DNA of 30,148 nucleotides from Polyangia bacterium (GTDB lineage: Bacteria; Myxococcota_A; Polyangia; Fen-1088), in assembly GCA_035544435.1 (NCBI GenBank), contig DATKFB010000113.1, positions 1-30,148 on the forward strand. Direction: 5' to 3'. The notes under the pieces were generated by a model. That model searched no databases. It worked only from the letters and a program-made list of their open reading frames with translations, and was not told the origin of the DNA. Positions 8,839 to 17,632 of this stretch are shown here, in pieces. Each line of letters begins with the position of its first letter. Within the stretch, counting starts at the first letter, position 1. Both the position numbers and the translations under genes were made by a program.

Positions 8839-9942
8839 ATGCTCCGTGTTGGAATGGCTTCGACGAAGAGCCCAGATCATCGCTCGGTCCTGAAGCTTGC
8901 CACTGCCCTGGCGCTCGTCGGCGCCTCCCTGCCCGCTTGCAGCGGCGGCCATGGGAACGCCGTAGACGACGGCGGGATGGCGGCCGGCGACGCGGCGCCG
9001 CCGAGCTGCAACGCGCCCGGCGACGGGCTGAGCAACTGCGGTGCGGACGGCGAGAGCTGCTGCACGAGCTTGGCGGTCGACGGCGGGACCTACAGCCGAA
9101 CGTACTCCGTCATGGATGCCGGGCTCACGGGGCTCGCGGACCCCGCGACGCTCAGCACGTTTCGCCTCGACAAGTACGAAGTGACCGTGGGCAGGTTCCG
9201 CCGGTTCGTCGCAGCGTGGAAAGGCGGCGCCGGCTTCACGCCGCCGCTGGGCTCCGGAAAGCACTCCCATCTGAACGCGGGCCTCGGCCTCGAGAACAGC
9301 GGGACGCCGGGGACCTACGAGATCGGGTGGTCGGTGTCGGACAACGGGCGCATCGCGCCGACGGACGCAAATCTCGGGTCGTGCGGAGCGTATGCGACGT
9401 GGACGCCGTCTCCTTCGTCACAGGAGAATCTCCCGATCAACTGCATGAATTGGTGGGAGGCATACGCGTTCTGCATCTGGGACGGGGGCTTCCTGGCGAC
9501 CGAGGCGGAGTGGAAGTACGCCGCGGCGGGTGGCGGCGAGCAGCGCAGATTCCCCTGGGGCTCGAACGAGCCCGGAACGACGAATCAATATGCGATCTAC
9601 GCGTGCTGCTACCCCGCGGGCGACGGCAGCTGCACGAATGATTGGTGCACGGGCGTGAGGAACATCGCGCCCGTGGGAACAGCGAGCTCGGGCGCCGGGC
9701 TGTGGGGCCAGCTCGATCTCGCCGGAAGTCTTTGGGAGTGGAACCTGGATTTTTATCCCGACGACGCCGCCTTCGTCGACCCTTGCACGAATTGCGCGTA
9801 CTTGACGCCGACGGCCACGCACGTCGTCAAGGTCGGCAACTTCGCCGAGGGCCCCTACTACCTGCCCACCTGGCTTCGTTACGACTACGACCCTTCGAAT
9901 CGGGAGATATACCTCGGGTTTCGGTGCGCGCGCGCGCCCTGA
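8839..9942 (+). CDS. Lipoprotein with formylglycine-generating enzyme (FGE-sulfatase, SUMF1/EgtB/PvdO family) domain
   Basis: Lipobox SLPAC. FRLDKYEVTV, PINCMNWWEAYAFC, TEAEWKYAA, RFPWG, DLAGSLWEW, LGFRCAR. Start may be ATG 8854. Confidence 0.9.
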   Translation: MLRVGMASTKSPDHRSVLKLATALALVGASLPACSGGHGNAVDDGGMAAGDAAPPSCNAPGDGLSNCGADGESCCTSLAVDGGTYSRTYSVMDAGLTGLADPATLSTFRLDKYEVTVGRFRRFVAAWKGGAGFTPPLGSGKHSHLNAGLGLENSGTPGTYEIGWSVSDNGRIAPTDANLGSCGAYATWTPSPSSQENLPINCMNWWEAYAFCIWDGGFLATEAEWKYAAAGGGEQRRFPWGSNEPGTTNQYAIYACCYPAGDGSCTNDWCTGVRNIAPVGTASSGAGLWGQLDLAGSLWEWNLDFYPDDAAFVDPCTNCAYLTPTATHVVKVGNFAEGPYYLPTWLRYDYDPSNREIYLGFRCARAP

Positions 9943-9967
9943 TCAAGACCTGAGACAAGGAGGCCCA

Positions 9968-11062
9968 TTGGCGGCGTTGGAGCAAACGATCGTATGTGCG
10001 CGTTGCGCGGGCGCGCTCGATTTCCCCGGACTGGAGATCGTCTGCGCGCGCTGCGGGCAAAAATACCCGCGTGTGGGGCGCATCGCCGTCCTGCTGCCGA
10101 GGCCCGACGATCACGTCAGCATCTGGCGACAGCAGCTCGCGCGCCTCATCGCGCAGGGCCAGCAGACGCTGGCGGGCCTCGGTGCGGAGGCGTCCAGCTC
10201 CAACATGCTCAAGGACGGCCAGAGGCGCCTGCGAACGCTCGCGAAGGCGGCGAACGACCAGATTCGGGAAATCGCCGACGTCGTTGGCCCGGCGCTCGGC
10301 GGTCCTCTGCCGCCCACGGAGAGCGCGGGGCTACCGCGCGGGGTCGTCGAGCACATCCATTTCCTCTACCGCGATTGGGGATGGGATGACGGAGCGAGTC
10401 CCGAGAACCAGCGGTCGCTCGATGCCGTCCGGGAGCTCGTGGGCGGCGACCCCCTCGGCCGCACGCTCGTCGTGGGCGCCGGTGGATGCCGGCTGGCGTA
10501 CGATCTTCACCGGCTTTGCGGAGCGAGTGACACCGTCGTCGTCGACATCGATCCGTACCTTTTTCTCGTCGCGGAGACGGTCGTTCGTGGAGGGTCAGTG
10601 CGGCTCACGGAGTCGAGCCCCACCGTGCAGCATATCGGGCGAATCGCCAAGCCTTGGACGCTCCGCGCGCCGGCCGGTCCGCTCGACGATGCTCACTTCC
10701 ATTTCTTCTTGGCGAACGGTCTCGCGCCGCCCTTCGTACCAGGCACGTTCGATACGATCGTGACGCCGTGGTTCATCGACCAGGTTCCGTCTGACTTGCC
10801 GGGATTTCTCGCGGCGGCGAATCGGATGCTGCGTCCCGGCGGACGCTGGATCAACCACGGCCCGCTGCTGTACCCGCCGGACGCACCGCTCTCGCGCAGG
10901 TTCTCGTGCGAAGAGCTGTTCGAGCTCGCGGCGCGGGCCGGGTTCGCCCTCGGGCGCAGGTCGGAAGCGTCGCACCCGCATTTCGTTTCGCCGCTCAACA
11001 GCCGCGGCAAAGTCGAATGGGTGCTCACCTTCGTGGCGTCGAAGGTCGGCGAGCCCGGCTGA
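9968..11062 (+). CDS. Class I SAM-dependent methyltransferase with N-terminal zinc ribbon; N2227/carnosine N-methyltransferase-like motifs
   Basis: TTG start after GGAGG. CxxC-x12-CxxC (CARC...CARC). YRDWG, LVVGAGGCRLAYDL, FDTIVTPWFIDQ, LRPGGRWINHGPLLY. Confidence 0.82.
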   Translation: MAALEQTIVCARCAGALDFPGLEIVCARCGQKYPRVGRIAVLLPRPDDHVSIWRQQLARLIAQGQQTLAGLGAEASSSNMLKDGQRRLRTLAKAANDQIREIADVVGPALGGPLPPTESAGLPRGVVEHIHFLYRDWGWDDGASPENQRSLDAVRELVGGDPLGRTLVVGAGGCRLAYDLHRLCGASDTVVVDIDPYLFLVAETVVRGGSVRLTESSPTVQHIGRIAKPWTLRAPAGPLDDAHFHFFLANGLAPPFVPGTFDTIVTPWFIDQVPSDLPGFLAAANRMLRPGGRWINHGPLLYPPDAPLSRRFSCEELFELAARAGFALGRRSEASHPHFVSPLNSRGKVEWVLTFVASKVGEPG

Positions 11063-11072
11063 ACGCGAGGGC

Positions 11073-12509
11073 TCAGACCAGCAGGTCGGGAAGGCCCGTG
11101 GTGGCCTGCGAAGCCCCCATTCCCCAGGGGCTCGGGGGCCTTCCCAATGCCGTCATCAACGTGTACGCGACCTTGGACTGGTTGTCGCCGTTGGGTGCCC
11201 CGGTGATTCCCGGGGGGCCACTGGCCAGCCGCAGGTGCTGGTCGGTCTTCAGCAGGCCGCCTGCCTTGCCCGCGACCAAGGTCGGGTAGTCGTTGCCGCT
11301 GTGGGTCTGCGACTCGCTCGTGCACGAGGTGGAGTAGACCACGGAGTTGTCGAGCAGGTTCCCGGCCCCGTCGGCGCAATTCATCATGGCCGTCAACGTG
11401 TTGTTGAAATTGGTCATGGCGTACGTCACGCCGGTCGCGAAACCCTGGGTTGCGTAGGCGAGCCCTTTGGGACTCTTGCGGTGCCCGTAGTCCTCGTGGA
11501 ACGTCACCGGATCCAACCCGGCGTCGGAGTAGTTGCCGTGGCAGGCCGAACACGTGAACATGAATGAGAAGACCCGCGTTATGTCCGTCGCCAGCGCGAA
11601 GACGATCAGGTCGGACATCGCCTTGCTGCGCAACGCCGTGATCGAGCCAACGGCCCCCATGTTGGGATAGGCCACCGCCGGATCGACGAGCTTCGCGCCC
11701 GACGTCGTCGGGGTCGTGGCCTTCATCGTCGACAGGATGGCGATCTGATTTTCGATCTGGCGCACCCCATCCAGGTGCTGGTCGAGCCGGAGCTGGTCCG
11801 CCTTGCCCAGGCGCAGGCGCAGCGACGCCGCGTCATCTAGGACGGCATCGAGAACCCGCTTGCGATGCGCGAGCTCGGGGTCGGGCCCCGCGGGCACCGT
11901 CGTGCCTCCGCCCGTCGTCGTGCCTCCCTTGTTGTACATGACCAGCGTCTTGAAGAGGTTCGCCGGGTCGTACTCCGGAGGATTCGACGCGTTCGGGCCT
12001 CTGAACGAGACCCTCAGATCCAGCGCCCCCGCCCCCGACGTGTTCGAGATCCCGACGTGAATTCCATTGGGTATGGCAGGCATGGACCCCGCGTTGAGGA
12101 TCGGCGCCAAAATTTGATCGATGGAAGGCAGCTGCACGTCCGCCCCACCGGCGTTCGCGCCCGTCAGCGCGGCGGCGGGGCGCCCTTTGTGCGCCGGGTC
12201 GGGTGGGATCTTGTTGGTCAGCCCCGTAATGACCTGCAGATACGACTTCACGGGCAGCAGGGGCATCAGCACCGAGCTCAGCGCCCACGCGCTGCCCACG
12301 CCCGTCGCGGCAGGTACCCACTCAGGCGGGTTGATGCCGTTGCCGAAAAACCAGGTTCCATAGCGCAGCGGCAGCGCCGCTCCGCTCGCGTACGCCGTGC
12401 CGTTTCCGTTCAGCATGCCGGCCATGCGCGGCAGGGGGATCGTGACACCTATGCCCCCGGCAATAACACCGCGGAGGACCGTTCGGCGTGGAAGAACAGC
12501 GCGCGACAT
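11073..12509 (-). CDS. DUF1552 domain-containing protein with Tat-like leader
   Basis: ATG 12509 after GAGGAG. RRTVLRG leader, LPLRYGTWFFGNG, PSIDQ, DQLRLDQHLDGVRQIE, DGAGNLLDNSVV, YPTLVAG. The track start at 12998 is an extension. Confidence 0.88.
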   Translation of the reverse strand: MSRAVLPRRTVLRGVIAGGIGVTIPLPRMAGMLNGNGTAYASGAALPLRYGTWFFGNGINPPEWVPAATGVGSAWALSSVLMPLLPVKSYLQVITGLTNKIPPDPAHKGRPAAALTGANAGGADVQLPSIDQILAPILNAGSMPAIPNGIHVGISNTSGAGALDLRVSFRGPNASNPPEYDPANLFKTLVMYNKGGTTTGGGTTVPAGPDPELAHRKRVLDAVLDDAASLRLRLGKADQLRLDQHLDGVRQIENQIAILSTMKATTPTTSGAKLVDPAVAYPNMGAVGSITALRSKAMSDLIVFALATDITRVFSFMFTCSACHGNYSDAGLDPVTFHEDYGHRKSPKGLAYATQGFATGVTYAMTNFNNTLTAMMNCADGAGNLLDNSVVYSTSCTSESQTHSGNDYPTLVAGKAGGLLKTDQHLRLASGPPGITGAPNGDNQSKVAYTLMTALGRPPSPWGMGASQATTGLPDLLV

Positions 12510-12523
12510 TGGCTCTCTCCTCG

Positions 12524-14254
12524 TTACTTGGTGGCAATTTCGACGAAGCGATACGCGTCGTTCGACGCGATGTCGAGCAGCAACTGGTCCGCCCGATGGC
12601 CGCTCGTCTCGAACTGCTTGCTCAAGCTCGCGACCACGGGCGCGTCGACCGGGAGCGGCTCCCGCCCCTGCGCTTGCTCGTACAGCTTGCCCACGAAGCA
12701 AGCCGCCGCCTGCGGGTGGTTTCGCAACACCTTCGCCAGCGACGCTTCGTCCTGGAACGGCACGCCGTCGAGCACCCCCGTCGCGTCGATCGGCAGGTTG
12801 TTGGCTGTCGTCCGGTACGCCCCCACGCTGTCGAAGTTCTCCAACCCAAGCCCCACCGGATCCATCAGCGCGTGACAAGCCGCGCACGCCGCGCTCTGCC
12901 GGTGCGCCTCGAGCGTCGCCTTCACCGACGAGCCCGCCGGCAACATGTCGAGCACGTTCGTGTTCACGTTCCCCGGCGGCGGCGGCACGACCTTGCACAA
13001 AAGCTGCTGCGCCACGAACCGCCCACGCAGCGTCGGCGACGACCGCTGCGGCAGACCATTCGACGCCAAGATCGCCCCAGCCCCCAAGAGCCCCACCCGC
13101 GGCGAGCCGGCCGGCAGCGTCGCCTTGCGGAACCCATCCGTCGCCGCCTGGGGAAGACCATAGATCTTCGCCAGCTCGTTGTTCACGAAGACCGTCGGCG
13201 AGTCGTACAGCGACAGGTAGTCACCCGCGAAGGCCACGTCGTCCACGCGCATGAGCAGCTCTTGCTGCATGGCGACCGGCAGCGTCTTGGTCCAGTTCGG
13301 GTAGAACGCCGGGTCCTTGAACGTCGTCGTCAAAGGCGTCCCCGAGCTCGGGTCCATGCCATAAAGATCGTTCGCGAAGTTCGCGATCGACTGATGCGCC
13401 TTCGGCGACGCCAGCATCGTCTTCGCCTGGGCCAGGACACCCGCCGACGTCGCCAGGCTGCCGCTCGCCGCCGCGGTCATCAGCGCATCGTCGGGGACCG
13501 AAACCCAAAGCAGCGACGCCAGCCGCGACGCCATCTCGAAGCTCGTGTACTTGTTGCGGCCGCCGTCCGCCGGACTCGGCGCCCCAAGCTCCACGCGGTA
13601 CAGGAACTCCGGCGACTGCAAGATCGCCGACACCGCGTACTTGAGCCCGACCAGGATGCTGCCGCCCGGCTCCTGGGCGATGTCCGTCGCGACGCTCACG
13701 TAGCGCGTAATGTCCGCGGCCGTCAGCGTTCGCCGGAACGCGCGCCGACCAAAGGCGCCCAGGACCTGGCCGAGCGGACACGCCGTATCGGTCGCGCTCG
13801 CGGGGACGCACGACAGAACCGTCGCGGCCTGCGCCGCGCTCGAGAACGCGTACTGCGCCGCGCCGTTGATGGCCGTCTCATATTGCGACACGCCCATCGG
13901 CGAGACCGCCACCACCGACGCCGACACCGAGCGAAATCCGTCGATCTGCTGATCCGGCTCGAGCTGCGACGGAACGGGGGCGTTGCTGCCCAGTAGATCG
14001 TGAATGCTATTCGTGAACTCCGCGATCGTCAGCTTGCGCAAGGACGGCACTGGCTGCGTCAGCGATCCGACCGTCCCCGTGCTCCCGCCGCCCGTCGCCG
14101 GCCCGCCCGTCCCCGCAGCTCCGCTCCCGGGCCCGCCCGGCGACGCGCCCGGCGAGCTCACGGTTCCCACGCAACCCGCGGCCACCAGCGCTGTGGCCAT
14201 GAGCGATGAGACGGCGACGCCAACCCAGGCAGCCTTCGTGGAGATCCTTGTCAA
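12524..14254 (-). CDS. DUF1592/DUF1588/DUF1585/DUF1587/DUF1595-type lipoprotein with one CxxCH
   Basis: TTG start after GGAGGTGA. Lipobox VAAGC. LRKLTIAEFTNSIHDL, ILQSPEFLYRVE, EMASRLASLLW, SSPTLRGRFV, CAACHALMDPVGLGLENFD. Typical partner of DUF1552. Confidence 0.9.
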   Translation of the reverse strand: MTRISTKAAWVGVAVSSLMATALVAAGCVGTVSSPGASPGGPGSGAAGTGGPATGGGSTGTVGSLTQPVPSLRKLTIAEFTNSIHDLLGSNAPVPSQLEPDQQIDGFRSVSASVVAVSPMGVSQYETAINGAAQYAFSSAAQAATVLSCVPASATDTACPLGQVLGAFGRRAFRRTLTAADITRYVSVATDIAQEPGGSILVGLKYAVSAILQSPEFLYRVELGAPSPADGGRNKYTSFEMASRLASLLWVSVPDDALMTAAASGSLATSAGVLAQAKTMLASPKAHQSIANFANDLYGMDPSSGTPLTTTFKDPAFYPNWTKTLPVAMQQELLMRVDDVAFAGDYLSLYDSPTVFVNNELAKIYGLPQAATDGFRKATLPAGSPRVGLLGAGAILASNGLPQRSSPTLRGRFVAQQLLCKVVPPPPGNVNTNVLDMLPAGSSVKATLEAHRQSAACAACHALMDPVGLGLENFDSVGAYRTTANNLPIDATGVLDGVPFQDEASLAKVLRNHPQAAACFVGKLYEQAQGREPLPVDAPVVASLSKQFETSGHRADQLLLDIASNDAYRFVEIATK

Positions 14255-14599
14255 CGCTCACCTCCGATTGTCACCGATGCCTCGAGCGCCCACTCGGCCT
14301 CGCAGCCGCGGATAGAACCCGCTTAGATCAGGTAGAGCGCGGCCCTCACAAAACAGCTCATCCCAGGAAGAAGCACGGTCAGGAGCCACCCTAAGGCCCG
14401 CCCGACACGATGGCCCATCGCGTTAGCTGTCAAGACTCTTCGGGGCGATGAGTCCAGATTGACTGTCTTGCCGCGTCAATTCGTTGATGCGCCACTCCGG
14501 TCAGGGACCAACCCCGGAAGTCGAATCATCTGCGGACGCTCAGCAAATTGGCGCGCCGCCAGGACGGCCGCGCACTCCGCGATGCGGTAACCTGCGCCG

Positions 14600-15607
14600 A
14601 TGCACGGCAGCACGGGCGCAGTCGTAATTTTGCTCGTGGCCGGATGCTCTGGGGGCATCATGGCGCCGGCAGGAAGTCCGGGTGGGCTCGCCGATGGGAC
14701 GGAGGTGATGACGTCACTCGAGATCCCCGCCGGGTCGACGATGACGATCCCCGCGGGCGCCACGATCGTCGCCGCGCCAGACGTCGTCATCACGGTGCGC
14801 GGCGTCCTGTCGATCGCCAGCGCACCCGTGCACGCGCGCATCGCGACCGCGGCGCCGCACCCCGACCAGGCTCACGCTTGGGCCGGCATCGTCGTCGAGA
14901 GCGGGGGCCGCCTCGACGCCGACGGTCTCGACCTCGCAGGCGCCACGACTGCGCTGACCGTCAACGCGGGCAGCCTGGGCGCGCGTTACGATGACGGCAC
15001 GATCACGGACGCGAGCGTGCCATTCCAGATCGCGGCGGGCGCGCGCCTCGACACGAAGCACGCTGCCGTCGTGAACGCGGGCGCCGCGAGCGGCATCGCC
15101 GGCGAGATCCACGCCTCCTACCTCGACTACGAGACCTCGGCCGACGTCGTGGGCGGCCTCATCACGACCGACCCGAAAGCCGTCTTCGACGCCACCGACT
15201 CGACTTTCCACGGCACGGCGAACGCCGGGAACGACTATCTCATCTCGTACGCGTCGAGCCTCTTTCACGTCGCCTACTCGACGATCACGGACGCGCACTG
15301 CGCCTTCCATTTCAACGACGTCGCGCGCTTCGAGATCGATCACGTCACGGCGGGTGCGTCGTCGCCGGCCGCTCCGGGCGACGGGGTCGTCTACGGCGCG
15401 ATGCTCTACGGCTCGGGCGCGGGGCCGAACGTCATCAGCAACTCGAGCTTCATGGGCAGCGCATTCGACCTCGATCAGCAGAACGACAACGGTCCGCTCA
15501 CGATCTCGAACACGTTCGCCAAGGGCCAGGTCTCTCTCCTGCCGACCTCGACCTGGCTCCCCGCGGACGTCGCGAAAATGCCCATCGCCGACGCCAAGCC
15601 GCGCTGA
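14600..15607 (+). CDS. Hypothetical lipoprotein, probable right-handed beta-helix-like fold
   Basis: Lipobox LVAGC. Beta-helix-like start (TMTIPAGATIV..VITVRGVLSI..WAGIVVESGG) and Asn/Ser-rich repeats. Confidence 0.72.
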   Translation: MHGSTGAVVILLVAGCSGGIMAPAGSPGGLADGTEVMTSLEIPAGSTMTIPAGATIVAAPDVVITVRGVLSIASAPVHARIATAAPHPDQAHAWAGIVVESGGRLDADGLDLAGATTALTVNAGSLGARYDDGTITDASVPFQIAAGARLDTKHAAVVNAGAASGIAGEIHASYLDYETSADVVGGLITTDPKAVFDATDSTFHGTANAGNDYLISYASSLFHVAYSTITDAHCAFHFNDVARFEIDHVTAGASSPAAPGDGVVYGAMLYGSGAGPNVISNSSFMGSAFDLDQQNDNGPLTISNTFAKGQVSLLPTSTWLPADVAKMPIADAKPR

Positions 15608-15660
15608 AGACCGGTCCGGTGGCTCGAGCTTGGCGCGCGCGGGGTCGTCGACCGCCACTT

Positions 15661-15688
15661 TTGCAATTATACAACCATATAGTAGTGT
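15661..15688 (+). promoter_or_regulatory. Promoter with overlapping ArsR-type operator
   Basis: AT-rich patch in GC-rich DNA. TTGCAA 15661-15666, 16-nt spacer, TAGTGT 15683-15688. Imperfect palindrome CAACC-ATAT-AGTAG 15672-15685 (10/14 symmetric). Confidence 0.55.
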
Positions 15689-15695
15689 ACTTTGC

Positions 15696-16064
15696 GTGCG
15701 CTCCCGCAACGCCACCTCCGAGCTCGATCACGTCTTCTACGCGCTGTCGGATCCGACGCGGCGGCAGATCCTCAGCACGCTCTCGCGCGGCGAGGCCAAC
15801 CTCACGCGCCTCGCCGCGCAGTCGCGCCTATCGTTCGCGGCCGTCGCGAAGCACGTGCGCGTGCTCGAGCGCGGCAAGCTCGTCCGCCGCCGCGCAGATC
15901 GCTCGGACGGACGGGCGGTCGTGCTCGAGCTGCGGCCACGGCCCCTGAAGACCGGCGCCGACTGGCTCGACCGCCACCGGCGTTTCGGGCAGGAGCGCCT
16001 GGCCGGGCTCGAGGAGTTCGTTCGCGACAACTACGTGCCGAGCGGCGGGGCGCCCCGTGGCTGA
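15696..16064 (+). CDS. ArsR/SmtB-family transcriptional regulator
   Basis: GTG 15696: MRSRNATSELDHVFYALSDPTRRQILSTL...SFAAVAKHVRVLERGKLVRR. The track start at 15354 is an extension. Confidence 0.88.
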   Translation: MRSRNATSELDHVFYALSDPTRRQILSTLSRGEANLTRLAAQSRLSFAAVAKHVRVLERGKLVRRRADRSDGRAVVLELRPRPLKTGADWLDRHRRFGQERLAGLEEFVRDNYVPSGGAPRG

Positions 16065-16165
16065 TGCCGACGGCGGCGCCGTGCTCGTCGTGCCGGAAGG
16101 TGCTGACCGCGAGCGCCGAGTTTCTGTTCGACGCGTGGACGCAACCGGCGCTCATGGCGCGCTGA
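16057..16165 (+). pseudogene. SRPBCC/AHSA1-family gene remnant
   Basis: GTG overlaps the ArsR stop. MADADGGAVLVV, +1 shift at about 16093, then RKVLTASAEFLFDAWTQPALMAR and TGA where the family has Trp. No recognisable intact continuation. Confidence 0.7.
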
Positions 16166-16258
16166 CGGGGCGCTCAACGCTCCGCGCCTGGTGGCCGCTC
16201 GACGGGCATCCGGTGCCGAGATCGACCGTGAGGCGAAATCCCGTGGTAATGCTTTGCC

Positions 16259-17632
16259 ATGCCACCTCGGCGTCGTCGACTGGCTTGGACCTTGGGATTC
16301 GCGGCCCTCGTGGGCTGCAGCTCGGCGACACCCGGCGACACGCCGCCCACGTTGTCACTCGACGACCTCGTCGGGGACCTGGCTGCGGCGGCGTGCGATT
16401 GGCAGGTGCGGTGTTGCTCGCCTCTCGAGCTCACTGCCTCGATGTCGGCGCACTTCACGACGAAGGAGCAGTGCCTGCCGTATGCGCGCCTCGAGCTCGA
16501 GAAGACCCTCGGCGTGGTGAGCCAGAGTCTCGTCGACGGCCGCGTCGTGATCGATCCATCGGAGGCGATGGCGTGTCTCGCCGCGCAGCGCGTACGCGTC
16601 TGCAACGCGCCCGGGACGAACGACGCGGCGTCGCTGTCGTTCGCGGCGTGGGTCGACGGTTGCGCGTCGGCCTTCGTGGGCCAGTTGGTTCCGGGACGAC
16701 CCTGCCAATTTTCAGCCGAATGCACCGCGGGCGCGCGCTGCGCCTTCGGAACCACCGTCAGCCACGCAGCCTCGGACGCCGGTGCGCCGAGCCCCTTCCC
16801 GACCGCCGCCGCTCCGCAGGCGGGCGTATGCCTGCTCTATCAAAAGCGCGGCGACGTCTGTCAGACCGATGGCGATTGCGCACCCGAAGATTATTGCCGC
16901 CCCGAGGATCTCCTGTGTACGGCGCGCGTCGCGGAGGGCGAGCCCTGCCCCGACGCCGCTCTGTTCGGCGTCGCGCGGGGGGGCTGCGCGGCCGGGCTCG
17001 TCTGTGACGGCGCCAAGGCGATCTGCCGCCGTCTGCCTCGCGACGGCGAGACCTGCGGCCAGTTCCCGACGCCATGCGATCCGGACCCCAAGCTCGCGCT
17101 CTTCTGCGTCGGCACCGGCTTCAACGGCGCGGGCGTGTGCAAGACCGCCGGCAAGAAGGACGACGCGTGCGGCGGCAGCGGCTTGCCGCCCTGTGGAGGT
17201 AACCTCGTGTGCGACGCGATCCCCGGCTTGATCGGCGCCTGCGTCGCGCCCCCCGCGGCGGGCAGCTCATGCACGACGGCCTGCGCGAGCCCGGCGATCT
17301 GCGACATGGCAACGATGCGCTGCACGCTCCCCGGCACGAAGCAGACGGGCGAGACGTGCGCGGTGGACGACGACTGTGCGTCCCTCAGCTGCCAAACGCT
17401 CCCAACCGGCATGGCGATGACCGTGTGCCAAGTGCCGCGTTCCTTCTCCGTCGCGTGCTCGGGCGCCGCCGTGACCTTCGGGTCGATCTTCACGCGCCCG
17501 TCGATCGTCGATGGCGGCACCACCTTCCCTGCCGATGCCAGGTCGTTCGACGTGTTTGGCGAGGGGCTGTCGCCCACGGGCTTCGATGGCGGCGGATTCG
17601 ACGCGCCCGCGGACGCTCTACCCTCGTTTTAG
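16259..17632 (+). CDS. Cys-rich repeat lipoprotein (myxobacterial Dickkopf-N-like type)
   Basis: Lipobox LVGC. N-terminal ACDWQVRCC helical module, then repeated G..C...C..GL.C...C units. Confidence 0.8.
   Translation: MPPRRRRLAWTLGFAALVGCSSATPGDTPPTLSLDDLVGDLAAAACDWQVRCCSPLELTASMSAHFTTKEQCLPYARLELEKTLGVVSQSLVDGRVVIDPSEAMACLAAQRVRVCNAPGTNDAASLSFAAWVDGCASAFVGQLVPGRPCQFSAECTAGARCAFGTTVSHAASDAGAPSPFPTAAAPQAGVCLLYQKRGDVCQTDGDCAPEDYCRPEDLLCTARVAEGEPCPDAALFGVARGGCAAGLVCDGAKAICRRLPRDGETCGQFPTPCDPDPKLALFCVGTGFNGAGVCKTAGKKDDACGGSGLPPCGGNLVCDAIPGLIGACVAPPAAGSSCTTACASPAICDMATMRCTLPGTKQTGETCAVDDDCASLSCQTLPTGMAMTVCQVPRSFSVACSGAAVTFGSIFTRPSIVDGGTTFPADARSFDVFGEGLSPTGFDGGGFDAPADALPSF

Noticed and set aside
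12510-12998. Apparent 641-aa DUF1552 ORF overlapping the DUF1592 gene
   Set aside because: Upstream extension is a shadow frame. ATG 12509 has an RBS and gives the typical twin-Arg leader.
12540-13800. G-ending codon bias in the DUF1592 gene (C-rich plus strand)
   Set aside because: Only a visual impression, not quantified. It could reflect ordinary strand skew rather than foreign origin.
14280-14400. Possible riboswitch or SRP-like RNA upstream of the DUF1592 gene (GGTCAGG, AGGAAG)
   Set aside because: Elements are in the wrong order for SRP RNA and match no riboswitch consensus I know. An Rfam/Infernal search would settle it.
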